A stretch of 59,734 nt of DNA. It comes from Candidatus Xenobia bacterium. Its GTDB lineage: Bacteria > Vulcanimicrobiota > Xenobia > Xenobiales > QWHO01. The translations under genes were made by a program, and so were the position numbers. Location of the stretch: contig BTUM01000048.1 of the NCBI GenBank assembly GCA_045863235.1, forward strand, positions 1 through 59,734. Direction: 5' to 3'. The notes below the pieces were generated by a model. That model was given only the letters and a program-made list of their open reading frames with translations. It was not told the DNA's origin and made no database searches. Shown piece by piece: positions 45,556 to 54,488 of the stretch (position 1 is the stretch's first letter; the number at the start of each line of letters is the position of its first letter).

Positions 45556-46857
45556 TCAGCCGCGCCGGAATAGCTTGCGCAGCATCTCGAGAGTGTCCTC
45601 CCGGCTCTGACCGGTGTTCTCGTTGTGGCGCTGCCAGAAGGCGCCCCACCAGCCAGCTGGCTCGTTCTTGTCGCCGCTGTGCTCGGTGGGCCTTCCGGTC
45701 TCGCCTCCGGTCACCAGCGAGCCGACGTAGTCGGCTTGGGAGTAAACCTTGTCGATCTGTTTGGCCAGAGAGCCCATATCGTCGGCGGTGATCTTGCCGT
45801 CCGAGGTGGCCTGGTAAAACTGCACGGTGACGCGCACCGGGAAGCGCTCATCACGCTCGATGGCCAGGTTGTCCACCTCGGTGAAGGGTCCTTCGACCTC
45901 GCCGTGACCGATCACGGCTTGCTCCATGCCGCGGTAGCCCATGCTCTTGGCGGGGGGCGCGGCTTCGCAGCAGGCGTCCCCCATCGGTTGCATTCGCAAG
46001 GGGTTCTTTTGCTTGAGAGGCACCTGGATGAGCAACACCATGTTGAGCCCTTCCTGCTCGGCCAGGCGCACGGAGGGGTGAGAGGCTCCCTGGGAGGCCA
46101 CGAAGTCGCTCTTGCGCTCGCCGGTCAGGCTGGCGCGCTGGCCGTTCTGGTTGAAGAACAGGCGCTGGCCCCAGGTAGCTCCGGCGTCGAAGCCGTCGCG
46201 CTTGTTGTCGATGACGGTCATGCTGGTGCCCTCGCGGGTCACCAGGATGCTGAGCACACCCGGGTCGCCTGCATACGAGCTATAGTTGAATAGGACCGGG
46301 TTGAAGGTGCACTTGCCCTGCTCGGGGATGGGTAGGAAGCAGGCCTGGGCGCTCACCAGCACGTGCGAGTCGCGGCTGGCCAGCATGCTGGCATGGTCGC
46401 CCTTGAAGGTCTCGGGGTGGGTCATGTAGGCCCGGGGATCGCCCAGAAACTGAGTCAGGGTAATCTTGCGCAGGGACTTGCCGGCTTCATTGCCAACCAG
46501 CACGAAGAACCTGTCCGGGTCGATGTCGGCGGTCTTGTCGGAGAAGTTCGGAAAGCGAATGACGGGCAGGCAGGTCAACTGGCGTTGGCCTCGGGAGTTC
46601 TCGGTCTCGACCTGGAGCGTCATGTCGGAGATGTTGGGGCCGACGCTGGACCCCTTGTAGCGCCCCGTGTCTTCCCAGGTCACGTTGACCAGGTCGAGGC
46701 CGTACTTGCTGGCCAACTGTCGCACATTCGAGTCGCCCACCATGTTGGCGGTGCGCTGCACCGTCTCGAGATAGCGTGAGTCGGTCTCTTTGGCCGAGAC
46801 GTTCGGGGCGCTGAGCAGCAGGGCAGTCAGGATGGCGGCGGCGATTGGCCTGTTCAT
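45556..46857 (-). CDS. Secreted hypothetical protein
   Basis: GGAGG SD, signal peptide (..NVSA|K), motif-rich globular body (WEDTGRYKGSSVGPNISDMTL). Confidence 0.85.
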   Translation of the reverse strand: MNRPIAAAILTALLLSAPNVSAKETDSRYLETVQRTANMVGDSNVRQLASKYGLDLVNVTWEDTGRYKGSSVGPNISDMTLQVETENSRGQRQLTCLPVIRFPNFSDKTADIDPDRFFVLVGNEAGKSLRKITLTQFLGDPRAYMTHPETFKGDHASMLASRDSHVLVSAQACFLPIPEQGKCTFNPVLFNYSSYAGDPGVLSILVTREGTSMTVIDNKRDGFDAGATWGQRLFFNQNGQRASLTGERKSDFVASQGASHPSVRLAEQEGLNMVLLIQVPLKQKNPLRMQPMGDACCEAAPPAKSMGYRGMEQAVIGHGEVEGPFTEVDNLAIERDERFPVRVTVQFYQATSDGKITADDMGSLAKQIDKVYSQADYVGSLVTGGETGRPTEHSGDKNEPAGWWGAFWQRHNENTGQSREDTLEMLRKLFRRG

Positions 46858-47284
46858 TGGGACCTCCCGGGCTTCTTGCGAGATGCTGGTGAAGTCGCGG
46901 GGCCAGGTGGGGTTATTTCATCTGGTCGATTCTCAGGCTGTCAGAGAGGTTCCAGCGATACCCTCGGTCGGCCTTGCCTGAGCTCAGAATCGAGGATGGG
47001 GGAAGTCCGCACGTCGCCTGCTCTGCTGGGGGCGGGGAACCGGCCCAGGATTCCTCAAAACGCCGACGACCCACAGGAGCTGAGTGGCAGGAACTTTTTC
47101 AGTTATGGCCTCACTCGCACGTCGGGCAACGGAAGGGCCCGGGCCGCTGCTCAGGCTCCCTGGCGCTGCGGCTGGGTGGTCGACTTCTGCGAAGTTTCAT
47201 CGGATCGCCCCGAGCCAGGCAGGTCTGGATCGAGCGCCTGGGACAGCTCGGCGAGGTGGTTGCTTACGCTGCGCAATCAACACT

Positions 47285-47331
47285 CGAACAAACGCTCGTT
47301 TTTTATACCGGCGGTATCGAGACTCTGTTCG
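47285..47331 (-). promoter_or_regulatory. Second copy of the double-SOS-box cassette (orphan)
   Basis: Minus strand CGAACAGAGTCTCG-ATACCGCCGGTATAAAAAA-CGAGCGTTTGTTCG; 28 bp identical to 7794-7821. Confidence 0.6.
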
Positions 47332-47651
47332 ATTGTGTTCCTGATGTCTCCCTCGCGTCCCGGCTCGAGGGCAGATCTACGCCCTGGTGGTCGTGGTCTC
47401 GCTCCCTCTGCTGTTGAGCCTCTCTCAGGGCGCCTTCGGGTCAGGGAACGCCGCCATGTCAACAGGTCTCGACCGGCAGGCGTTGCTGGACATCACGTCG
47501 GCAAGGTCCCGGCCTGTTCGGCGACAACCTACTGCAACTGGGAGGCCGATGGGCCGCGGCGCGTCCAGGTCGATCTGGGTGTGACCTGGCCCACATTCGA
47601 GCTGTAAGCGCGATTACGGTGCCAACCAGCAGTTGGGACTAGACTACGGCT

Positions 47652-48161
47652 ATGTTGAGCACCTTCCGACCCGAAGCCTTCCGACCCCGCCCGGAGGAGA
47701 AGAAGCCCGACCCACGGCCTGAGCCGGCCCGCATCCCCGAGCCGCTGTGCAAAGCGACTTTTGAGCTAGGCGCAGTGCTGCTGCGCTGGGGCGCCTCCAC
47801 CCTGATCCAGCGAGTGGCCCGACGCCAGAGGCTGGAGGGCCACTTGCTGAAGCTGGCCCGCCAGCGCCTGGGCATTGTGAGCGTGGCCGACGCGACCAGC
47901 GAGCTGAAGGCCAGTTGGAGCGACTGCGAGGCAGTCCTGAGCAGCCTGGCCAGGCGTGGAGTCTGCTACAAGCACGAGCAGGCCTACATCTTCGAGCAAC
48001 ACCTGCCGCGCCTGTGGTACTGCGATTACTGCGACGCAGTGCACAATGAGGGCACGATCTGCTGCAACTGCGGCGCCGAGCTGGTGGAGCGCACCTGTCA
48101 GGTGGTGGGGCGGTCGCCCTGGATCACGGACCAGTCTCTCCGAGCACCCGGCGCTCCGTGA
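47652..48161 (+). CDS. Hypothetical protein with winged-helix-like region and zinc ribbon
   Basis: CDYC...CCNCG; TAGACT 6 nt before ATG. Confidence 0.7.
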   Translation: MLSTFRPEAFRPRPEEKKPDPRPEPARIPEPLCKATFELGAVLLRWGASTLIQRVARRQRLEGHLLKLARQRLGIVSVADATSELKASWSDCEAVLSSLARRGVCYKHEQAYIFEQHLPRLWYCDYCDAVHNEGTICCNCGAELVERTCQVVGRSPWITDQSLRAPGAP

Positions 48162-48386
48162 GAAACTCTGCCTGAGATGCGGTGTTGCTCTTGGCAGCCA
48201 GAGCGCAGCCCGACCCTCCGGTTGCCGGCTTGGCGACAGGCTCAACAGCTTGCAGGTTCGGCATCTTTGTGGTGGCCCGAGAGCGCAGTGCTCGTCCCAC
48301 CCCCTTTTCGAGCCTCGCGCGGCCAGATTCTTGTCCACGACCGCGAAGAGCGGATGGACGATGCAGTGCTGCGTTGCCACCACAGT

Positions 48387-48408
48387 GGGTTTGCAGCCGG
48401 ACTTCTAG
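48387..48408 (-). repeat. REP/MITE family copy overlapping the fmt stop
   Basis: CTAGAAGTCCGGCTGCAAACCC; its TAG is the fmt stop codon. Confidence 0.7.
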
Positions 48409-49352
48409 GTAGCAGCGGGAACGGGGCGGCTCTCGAACAGATCGCCCGGAGTGAACGGGTTGCCCTGCAGGTAGGCCCAGGCATCCATCCAGCCTTTGCC
48501 CGGGGGCTTGAGCTGGCGAATCAGAACAGCCCCCTCGCCGCAGGCCACCACCGGGCCCTGTCCCTTCTCCACCCCCAGCACGCTGCCGGGAGGGCCGCTG
48601 CCGTTGGTCAAGCTGGCCCGACCCAGCTTGAGCTGGTTGGCTTTGAAGGCGGTGGTGGCGCCCGGTTCGTGGGCCAGGGCGCGCACGAAGTTGCTCACCT
48701 CTGCAGCGGGACGCGTCCAATCCACCCACAGGTCTTCCTTCTTGAGAACCTTGCTGTAGTTGGCCCCCTCGGCCGGCTGGACAAGGCGCGGAGCAGTGCC
48801 GCTGGCCAGGGCCGTCAGGGTCTCGGAGAGTACCTCGGCGCCCAGCGCGGCCATGCGCGCGGACAGCTCCTCCCCCGTCTCCTCTGGACCGATCTCGGTG
48901 CGCCGGCACAAGATCAGATCGCCTGTGTCGTAGCCCTCGTCCATGAAGAAGGTCCACACGCCCGTCTCGCGATCGCCTGCCATGATGGAAGCCTGGATGG
49001 GGATGGCTCCCCGATGGCGCGGCAGGAGCGAGGGGTGGACGTTGATGCAGCCGTGGCGAGGCAGGTCGAGGATGGTTTTGGGGATGAGCTTGGCGTAGGC
49101 CACCACCACGATGACCTCGGGCTCAAAGGCCTTGAGCTCGGCCAGCACCGCCTCATCGCGCAGCTTGAGGGGCTGCAGCACCGGGATACCCAGCTCCAGG
49201 GCGCGGGCTTTGACAGGCGGAGGGGTGATTTTGTTGCCGCGTCCGCGGGGCTTGTCGGGCTGGCTGTACACTGCCTTGAGGTCGCACTGGCGGGCTACCA
49301 CCTCGAGGCTGGCCAGCGCGAACTCGGGGGTACCCATGAAGACCGCCTTCAT
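48405..49352 (-). CDS. fmt: Methionyl-tRNA formyltransferase
   Basis: FMGTPEFA, QPDKPRGRG, INVHPSLLPRHRGA.PI, DTGD. Confidence 0.97.
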   Translation of the reverse strand: MKAVFMGTPEFALASLEVVARQCDLKAVYSQPDKPRGRGNKITPPPVKARALELGIPVLQPLKLRDEAVLAELKAFEPEVIVVVAYAKLIPKTILDLPRHGCINVHPSLLPRHRGAIPIQASIMAGDRETGVWTFFMDEGYDTGDLILCRRTEIGPEETGEELSARMAALGAEVLSETLTALASGTAPRLVQPAEGANYSKVLKKEDLWVDWTRPAAEVSNFVRALAHEPGATTAFKANQLKLGRASLTNGSGPPGSVLGVEKGQGPVVACGEGAVLIRQLKPPGKGWMDAWAYLQGNPFTPGDLFESRPVPAAT

Positions 49353-49846
49353 GCCTCGACCTCCTCTTCTTCCTCCTCTTCCTGGCCCTGACGGGTGCCG
49401 TCGCGGATGTCGCTGGCCAGGTCGGTGAAGAGGCGTCCGTCCAGGTGATCCACCTCGTGCTGGAAGACGCGGGCGAGCAGGCCCTCGGCGGGGATCCGCA
49501 CCTTGCGGCCCTGCTCGTCCACTCCCCGGGCCACCAGCTTGGCGGCTCGCTTGACCTCACCCTGCACTCCGGGGATGCTCAGGCAGCCCTCGGGCCCGAC
49601 CTCCTCGCCCTCCAACTCGTCGAGCTTGGGGTTGATCAGGCAGATTGGGCCATCGCCGATGTCCACCACGATGACCCGCTTTGAGATACCCACCTGAGGC
49701 GCCGCCAGGCCAATGCCGCGCGCTTCGTACATGGTCTCGATCATGTCTTCGAGCAGACGCAGCAAGATCATGTCGATGCGTTCCACGGGGCGGGCCTTCT
49801 GACGAAGGACCGCCTCGGGAACGAATCGGATGGGGAGAACGGCCAC
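49349..49846 (-). CDS. def: Peptide deformylase
   Basis: GIGLAAPQVG, EGCLSIPG, QHEVDHLDG; start inferred at GTG 49846. Confidence 0.96.
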   Translation of the reverse strand: MAVLPIRFVPEAVLRQKARPVERIDMILLRLLEDMIETMYEARGIGLAAPQVGISKRVIVVDIGDGPICLINPKLDELEGEEVGPEGCLSIPGVQGEVKRAAKLVARGVDEQGRKVRIPAEGLLARVFQHEVDHLDGRLFTDLASDIRDGTRQGQEEEEEEEVEA

Positions 49847-49853
49847 GGCGGAC

Positions 49854-50426
49854 TTAGTAACCGGGCGGGTTGGTGCGGGTGGCCGTGGGCCTCGGCGTCG
49901 GCGTGCGGGGGGTGAAGGTAGGCGTGGGGCTGGCCGGAGCCGCCGTCGGCTGGGAGCCACCGGGACTGGCAGCACCCGGGCTGGGGCTGGTGTCGTCGGG
50001 AGGCACCTCGTGCTCCACCATCACCTTGGGCTGGACCTGGATCTTCTGGTAGTTGTACCAGATGGGCGGGTCGGGCGTGAAGCTGAAGGACTGGCCCGGC
50101 TTCAGGGTTCCCACCGGCTTTTTCCACTCCATCACGGTCTGGCCAGCCAGGTTGAGCAGGCGCAGGTTCAGGGTCACCTTGCTCAAGGCCTTGTCCTTGG
50201 AGGTGTTCTGAATGGTGCAACTGGTGCGCACCTCGCCCACAAAGGTGGCCCCGGGGGTGGTGCTGTCGGAGAAGTCGAGCTTGGTGACCTTGATGGGCGA
50301 CTTCTTATTGGTGCCATCGGTCTGGATCATCTGACCGGGCTGCTGAGCCTGGACGTTCCAGGCAGCCAACAGCATCCAGCAGGCAGCCAGCATCATCGCA
50401 CCCGTGCGGATTAGATTCTTTTTCAT
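49854..50426 (-). CDS. Secreted hypothetical protein with Pro/Thr-rich tail
   Basis: Signal peptide (..VQA|Q) and Ig-like beta region. Confidence 0.8.
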   Translation of the reverse strand: MKKNLIRTGAMMLAACWMLLAAWNVQAQQPGQMIQTDGTNKKSPIKVTKLDFSDSTTPGATFVGEVRTSCTIQNTSKDKALSKVTLNLRLLNLAGQTVMEWKKPVGTLKPGQSFSFTPDPPIWYNYQKIQVQPKVMVEHEVPPDDTSPSPGAASPGGSQPTAAPASPTPTFTPRTPTPRPTATRTNPPGY

Positions 50427-50507
50427 ACAGAGAGCCTCTCTAGTCTGTTGAGCGTTCCGTGGTGAAGGTCTGCCTATCCTTCGGCTGCATAACCTTCATC
50501 ACTCCAC

Positions 50508-52505
50508 TTAAAGCAGGTCCTGGGGATCGGGATCGACGCTCCATTGCAAGTCGGAGCGCGGATTGTTCGCTTTCTGGTCGAAATAGGTTCTCGCCCCTTG
50601 AACGAGTTCCTGCACTTTGGCGGTTCGCCCCAACAGGTGCCAGCGCCAGCGCCCGCGCACTTTTTCAAGTGGACACGGGGCCGGCCCCAGCAGCTCGGCC
50701 TGGGGCACCCGAGCGGACAGAATTCTGGCTACATCCAGCGCTTCATGCTCCACCTCCTCGGCTTGAGTACCACTCACGACCAGACGCACCAGCCGGCAGA
50801 AGGGCGGATAGCCCACCTGACGCCGAAGCTCCAGCTCGCGGGCGTAAAAACCGGCGTAATCGTGCTGCGCCGCCGATAGCAAACAGGGGTTCTCGGGGTC
50901 CAGCGTCTGGACCAGCACGTGGCCCTCGAGATGGCCCCGCCCGGCCCGGCCGGCCACCTGGGTGAGCAGTTGGAAGGTGCGCTCGGAGGCCCGAAAGTCG
51001 GGCAGGTTGAGCCCTCCGTCGGCATTGATCACGCCCACCAGGGTGACGTCGGGGAAGTCGAGCCCCTTGGCCACCATCTGGGTGCCCAGCAAGACGCGCG
51101 CCTCCTTGCGGGCGAAACGGCCCAGGATCTCGGCGTGACCCCCGGCGCGCGAGGTGGTATCGCGGTCGAGACGGGCCACCTCCACCCCGGGCAGCGCGGT
51201 AGCCAGCTCCGACTCCAGACGCTCGGTGCCACCCCCACGATAGCTCAGCTCGGGCGAGGAGCAAGACTGGCACAGCTCGGGCGGGGCGGTGGTGTGGCCG
51301 CAATAGTGGCAGCGCAGGTGACGGGCCTGCTTGTGAAAGGTGAGCGAGATGCTGCAGTGGGGGCACTTGTGCACATGTCCGCACAGCCCGCACTGAAGAT
51401 AGTTCGAAAAACCGCGACGGTTGAGCAGCAGCACCACCTGCTCGTCTCGGGCCAGGGTCTCGCGCATGCGCTCGACCAAAGGCTGGGACAGGAGCTGGCG
51501 TGGCCTTCGGCGCATGTCCACCAGCTCCACCGGAGGCGGTTTTCGTCCGGTGACCCGGGCGGACAGCTCCAGCAGCTTGTAGTAGCCGGTCTGGGCCAGA
51601 TAGAAGCTCTCCAGGCTGGGGGTCGCGCTGCCCAGCACCACAGCGGCACCCGTCTGGGCGGCCCTCCTGACGGCCACCTGGCGGGCGTGGTAGCGCGGGG
51701 CCTGATCCTGCTTGTAAGAGTGGTCGTGTTCTTCGTCCAGGATGATGAGGGCGGGGTCTTCCAGGGGAGCGAAAACGGCCGAGCGGGTTCCCAGAGCCAC
51801 CGAGAGCTCTCCTCGGCGCAGCCGCCACCAATGCTCGCGGCGCTCGGCGGCGGTCAGGCCAGAGTGCAGCACCCCCACCGTGTCGCCCAGGCGGCCGCGG
51901 TAGCGCTCCACCGCCTGGGGGGTCAGGGCCACCTCGGGCACCATGACGATGGCCTGGCGGCCGGACTGGAGGGCCGCCTCCACGGCGTGCAGGTAAACTT
52001 CCGTCTTGCCGCTACCGGTGACGCCGTAAAGCAGAACTTTCTCCCCGGGACGGATGGACTTGAGGGCTTGACGCTGCTCGTCGAGCAGAGCAGGCGCGGG
52101 GTAATGGACGCTGGCCGGCAGGGTGCTGCGCCGGGGCCCGCGCGGCTTGCCGGGCCGCTGCACCTGGGCCAGTACCGGGGCGGGCACGACCGCGAACAGG
52201 GTGTCGCGCCAGGTGGCCCCGTAAAAGGATACCATCCACTCCACCAGCTTGAGCGTCTGGCGGCCAAAGAACGGCTCGGCCTCCAGCAGGCGGAGGATGT
52301 CTTTGACCCGGCTCTCCTCGCAGCCCGGCAAGGCGGTGAGCTCGAGCACGACCCCGGCCAGGGCCTTCTCGCGGAAGGGCACCTCCACCAGGCTGCCGGC
52401 CGCCACCTGACCGTGCAGGCAGTCCGGCACCCGGTAGGTGAAAGGGCGGTCGAGGCTGCGGGTGGCTTTGTCGACGATGACGCTGGCGAAGCGGGCCGTC
52501 GTCAG
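50508..52505 (-). CDS. priA: Primosomal protein N' (replication restart helicase)
   Basis: GVTGSGKTEVY, DEEHD, GSATPSLES, two CxxC pairs, GTQMVAKGLDFP, QVAGRAGR. Start probably CTG 52505. Confidence 0.96.
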   Translation of the reverse strand: MTTARFASVIVDKATRSLDRPFTYRVPDCLHGQVAAGSLVEVPFREKALAGVVLELTALPGCEESRVKDILRLLEAEPFFGRQTLKLVEWMVSFYGATWRDTLFAVVPAPVLAQVQRPGKPRGPRRSTLPASVHYPAPALLDEQRQALKSIRPGEKVLLYGVTGSGKTEVYLHAVEAALQSGRQAIVMVPEVALTPQAVERYRGRLGDTVGVLHSGLTAAERREHWWRLRRGELSVALGTRSAVFAPLEDPALIILDEEHDHSYKQDQAPRYHARQVAVRRAAQTGAAVVLGSATPSLESFYLAQTGYYKLLELSARVTGRKPPPVELVDMRRRPRQLLSQPLVERMRETLARDEQVVLLLNRRGFSNYLQCGLCGHVHKCPHCSISLTFHKQARHLRCHYCGHTTAPPELCQSCSSPELSYRGGGTERLESELATALPGVEVARLDRDTTSRAGGHAEILGRFARKEARVLLGTQMVAKGLDFPDVTLVGVINADGGLNLPDFRASERTFQLLTQVAGRAGRGHLEGHVLVQTLDPENPCLLSAAQHDYAGFYARELELRRQVGYPPFCRLVRLVVSGTQAEEVEHEALDVARILSARVPQAELLGPAPCPLEKVRGRWRWHLLGRTAKVQELVQGARTYFDQKANNPRSDLQWSVDPDPQDLL

Positions 52506-53236
52506 TCGCCGCCCCCGTCGACCAGGAACGCCTGTTGGAAGGACTGGGCCTTGAGCGCATCCACGGCGGTCAGGGCCTCCTGACGGTTGGCGAAGGGGCC
52601 GATTTGCACCTTGTAGACCGAGGCTCCCTCCTCCACTGCCGCCATGATGGTGGCCACGTGGCCCTTCTCGCGCAGTTTGGCCACCAGCTCCTCGGCGTTC
52701 TTGCGCTGGCCGAAGACGCCCAGCTGAATGCGCCAGCGGGCCTCGGGCTCGTCGGGGGACGGGCTTGCGCTGGGAGTGGCGCTGGGGCTCGGGCTGGGGC
52801 TGGGTGTGGCGGTCAGATCGACCCCCAGCATCTCCTGAGCCCGCTCGAGCAGCTCGGTGGCCGAGCGGGCCGGGTTGACCAGCCGGTCGATGCGGTAGAC
52901 GACCTTGCGGGGCACCTTCTTCTCCAGCTTGACGATGCCCACGAAAACCAGATCCTCCACCAGGATGTTCAGCTTCTGCTCGCAATAAGCGCGCTCTTTC
53001 TTCTTGTTGAAGTGGTAGCTGAAGACGGGGGGGCGCTTGTCGGCCGGCCAGGTCCGCAGCTGACGACGAACCTCCTCGATGAGCACGTTCTCCTGGCGCA
53101 TCATCTCGGCATTCTCCTCGGTGCCCACGATAAGAATGGCCAGCTCGTCGGGGGTGGAGGCCTCCTGGGCTTGCAAGGTGGCCAGGGCCAACATCGAAAT
53201 AGCGACGATCAGCGCCAGTTGCACGGTTTTTAGCAC
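52502..53236 (-). CDS. Secreted SPOR-domain protein
   Basis: WRIQLGVFGQRKNAE...YKVQIGPF after a Pro/Ser linker; GGGAGG SD and signal peptide. Confidence 0.88.
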   Translation of the reverse strand: MLKTVQLALIVAISMLALATLQAQEASTPDELAILIVGTEENAEMMRQENVLIEEVRRQLRTWPADKRPPVFSYHFNKKKERAYCEQKLNILVEDLVFVGIVKLEKKVPRKVVYRIDRLVNPARSATELLERAQEMLGVDLTATPSPSPSPSATPSASPSPDEPEARWRIQLGVFGQRKNAEELVAKLREKGHVATIMAAVEEGASVYKVQIGPFANRQEALTAVDALKAQSFQQAFLVDGGGD

Positions 53237-53410
53237 GCGGAGTCCTCCCACTGCCTTGCAAACAAGGCGCCGACAGGTTCTTGGACCGGGATGAAAATCC
53301 TTCGTCATGGTGCATCCAGGGGATGGAACCGGCTCGGTTGGGGAAAGTTGCTGGGCTGGGGAGGTCCGATCCGGGCTGGCTCGCCGGCAACTGCCGGCGG
53401 GTGGTTATCT

Positions 53411-53863
53411 TCAGCCTCCGCCGCTCGCGCTGCTGCCTCCGCTGCCGCTGAAGCTGGCTTTGCCGGCGGGAGGCCGAGAGCAAGGGATCTGGACCACCAG
53501 GTGATGAGGCGGGATGGCCGGACCCGGGCCGAAGCTGGCCTGCAGGGCGCGTCTCTGGGCGTTGCTCGTGGCCTGGGGCGGGGGCGGTCCGGCCGAGAGG
53601 AAGACCACCTGATCCCCCCTCTGGACGGAACAGGCGCTCAAAAGTCGGAGCATGCAGACGCTGCCAGCCTGCACCACACGGGCCTGAGAGAGCTCCATTC
53701 CCCCCCGCCGGATGGATACCAGGTCGTAGAGCTTGAGGGGACGGGCGTTGGAGCGGGCGACGCAGTACTGGCTTTCAACCGGATCGAGCACCAGACCGAC
53801 CACCTGGCCGCGGGCCGGAAGCATCAGCGAGAGAACGGCAAGACACCAGACGAGAACTCTCAT
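53411..53863 (-). CDS. Secreted hypothetical protein
   Basis: Signal-peptide-like N-terminus; C-terminal end uncertain. Confidence 0.55.
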   Translation of the reverse strand: MRVLVWCLAVLSLMLPARGQVVGLVLDPVESQYCVARSNARPLKLYDLVSIRRGGMELSQARVVQAGSVCMLRLLSACSVQRGDQVVFLSAGPPPPQATSNAQRRALQASFGPGPAIPPHHLVVQIPCSRPPAGKASFSGSGGSSASGGG

Positions 53864-53964
53864 CACTGAGAGAGTTCTCCTCTGGTGGTAGGGGTGCCTT
53901 TCGGCTCCTCGAGCTGAAGGCACCGCGTCGTTGGACGTTTCGGGCGTCCAACAGATGCGACCGC

Positions 53965-54261
53965 TTAGAAACCGAAGCCGCCGTAGTTGCCGTTCCAGCC
54001 GCCGTAGCCGGCCCAGCCGTATGACAGGCGCTGGCTGGCCCCAAACAGGTCGTTGTAATAGCCCATGAAGTTGGCGTTCTGAAAGCTCGCATTGCCCAGA
54101 ATCATCGAGCCGGCCCGCGAGTTGTCGGTCTGGAAGATGAAGGGCTGGTTCACCCGACCGATATCGTGGAAGAACGGGGGGGCGGGTGCAGTGAAGATGA
54201 AGGGCTGGGTGCTGGGCACTCCCGGGGTGAAAATGAACGGGAACCGAGATCCGAAAGCCAT
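53965..54261 (-). CDS. Small Phe/Gly/Tyr-rich protein with PFIF repeats
   Basis: AGGAGG SD, 98 aa, three PFIF copies, G/Y/W-rich tail. Confidence 0.75.
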   Translation of the reverse strand: MAFGSRFPFIFTPGVPSTQPFIFTAPAPPFFHDIGRVNQPFIFQTDNSRAGSMILGNASFQNANFMGYYNDLFGASQRLSYGWAGYGGWNGNYGGFGF

Positions 54262-54336
54262 CGTGCGCGTCCTCCTGGATTCAGAGAATAGGGCGGAGGA
54301 CTGAAAAAACTCTGATGACCTGGTCCGGAGCAACGC

Positions 54337-54352
54337 GCAAATCATGTGCCAG
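54337..54352 (-). promoter_or_regulatory. Sigma54 -24/-12 promoter
   Basis: CTGGCAC-ATGAT-TTGC matches TGGCAC-N5-TTGC, about 75 nt upstream of ATG 54261. Confidence 0.7.
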
Positions 54353-54488
54353 TGGCCCGACTGCAATGTCTTGAGGCGGGTGCTCCTCCCGACACCGCAA
54401 CAGTCCCACGCGTGGACGAATCGCTTTGGAAGCGGTTGGAAACGAGTTTCTCACCGCACGTTTCGTGGCACGATCAATGCGAGGAAGT

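Noticed and set aside
52506..53483. Long N-terminal extension of PriA in the ORF track
   Set aside because: Off-frame overlap with the SPOR gene; composition is not protein-like.
54466..54480. Second sigma54-like site TGGCAC-GATCA-ATGC on the plus strand
   Set aside because: Imperfect -12 and it points antisense into a gene end with no downstream ORF; probably chance.
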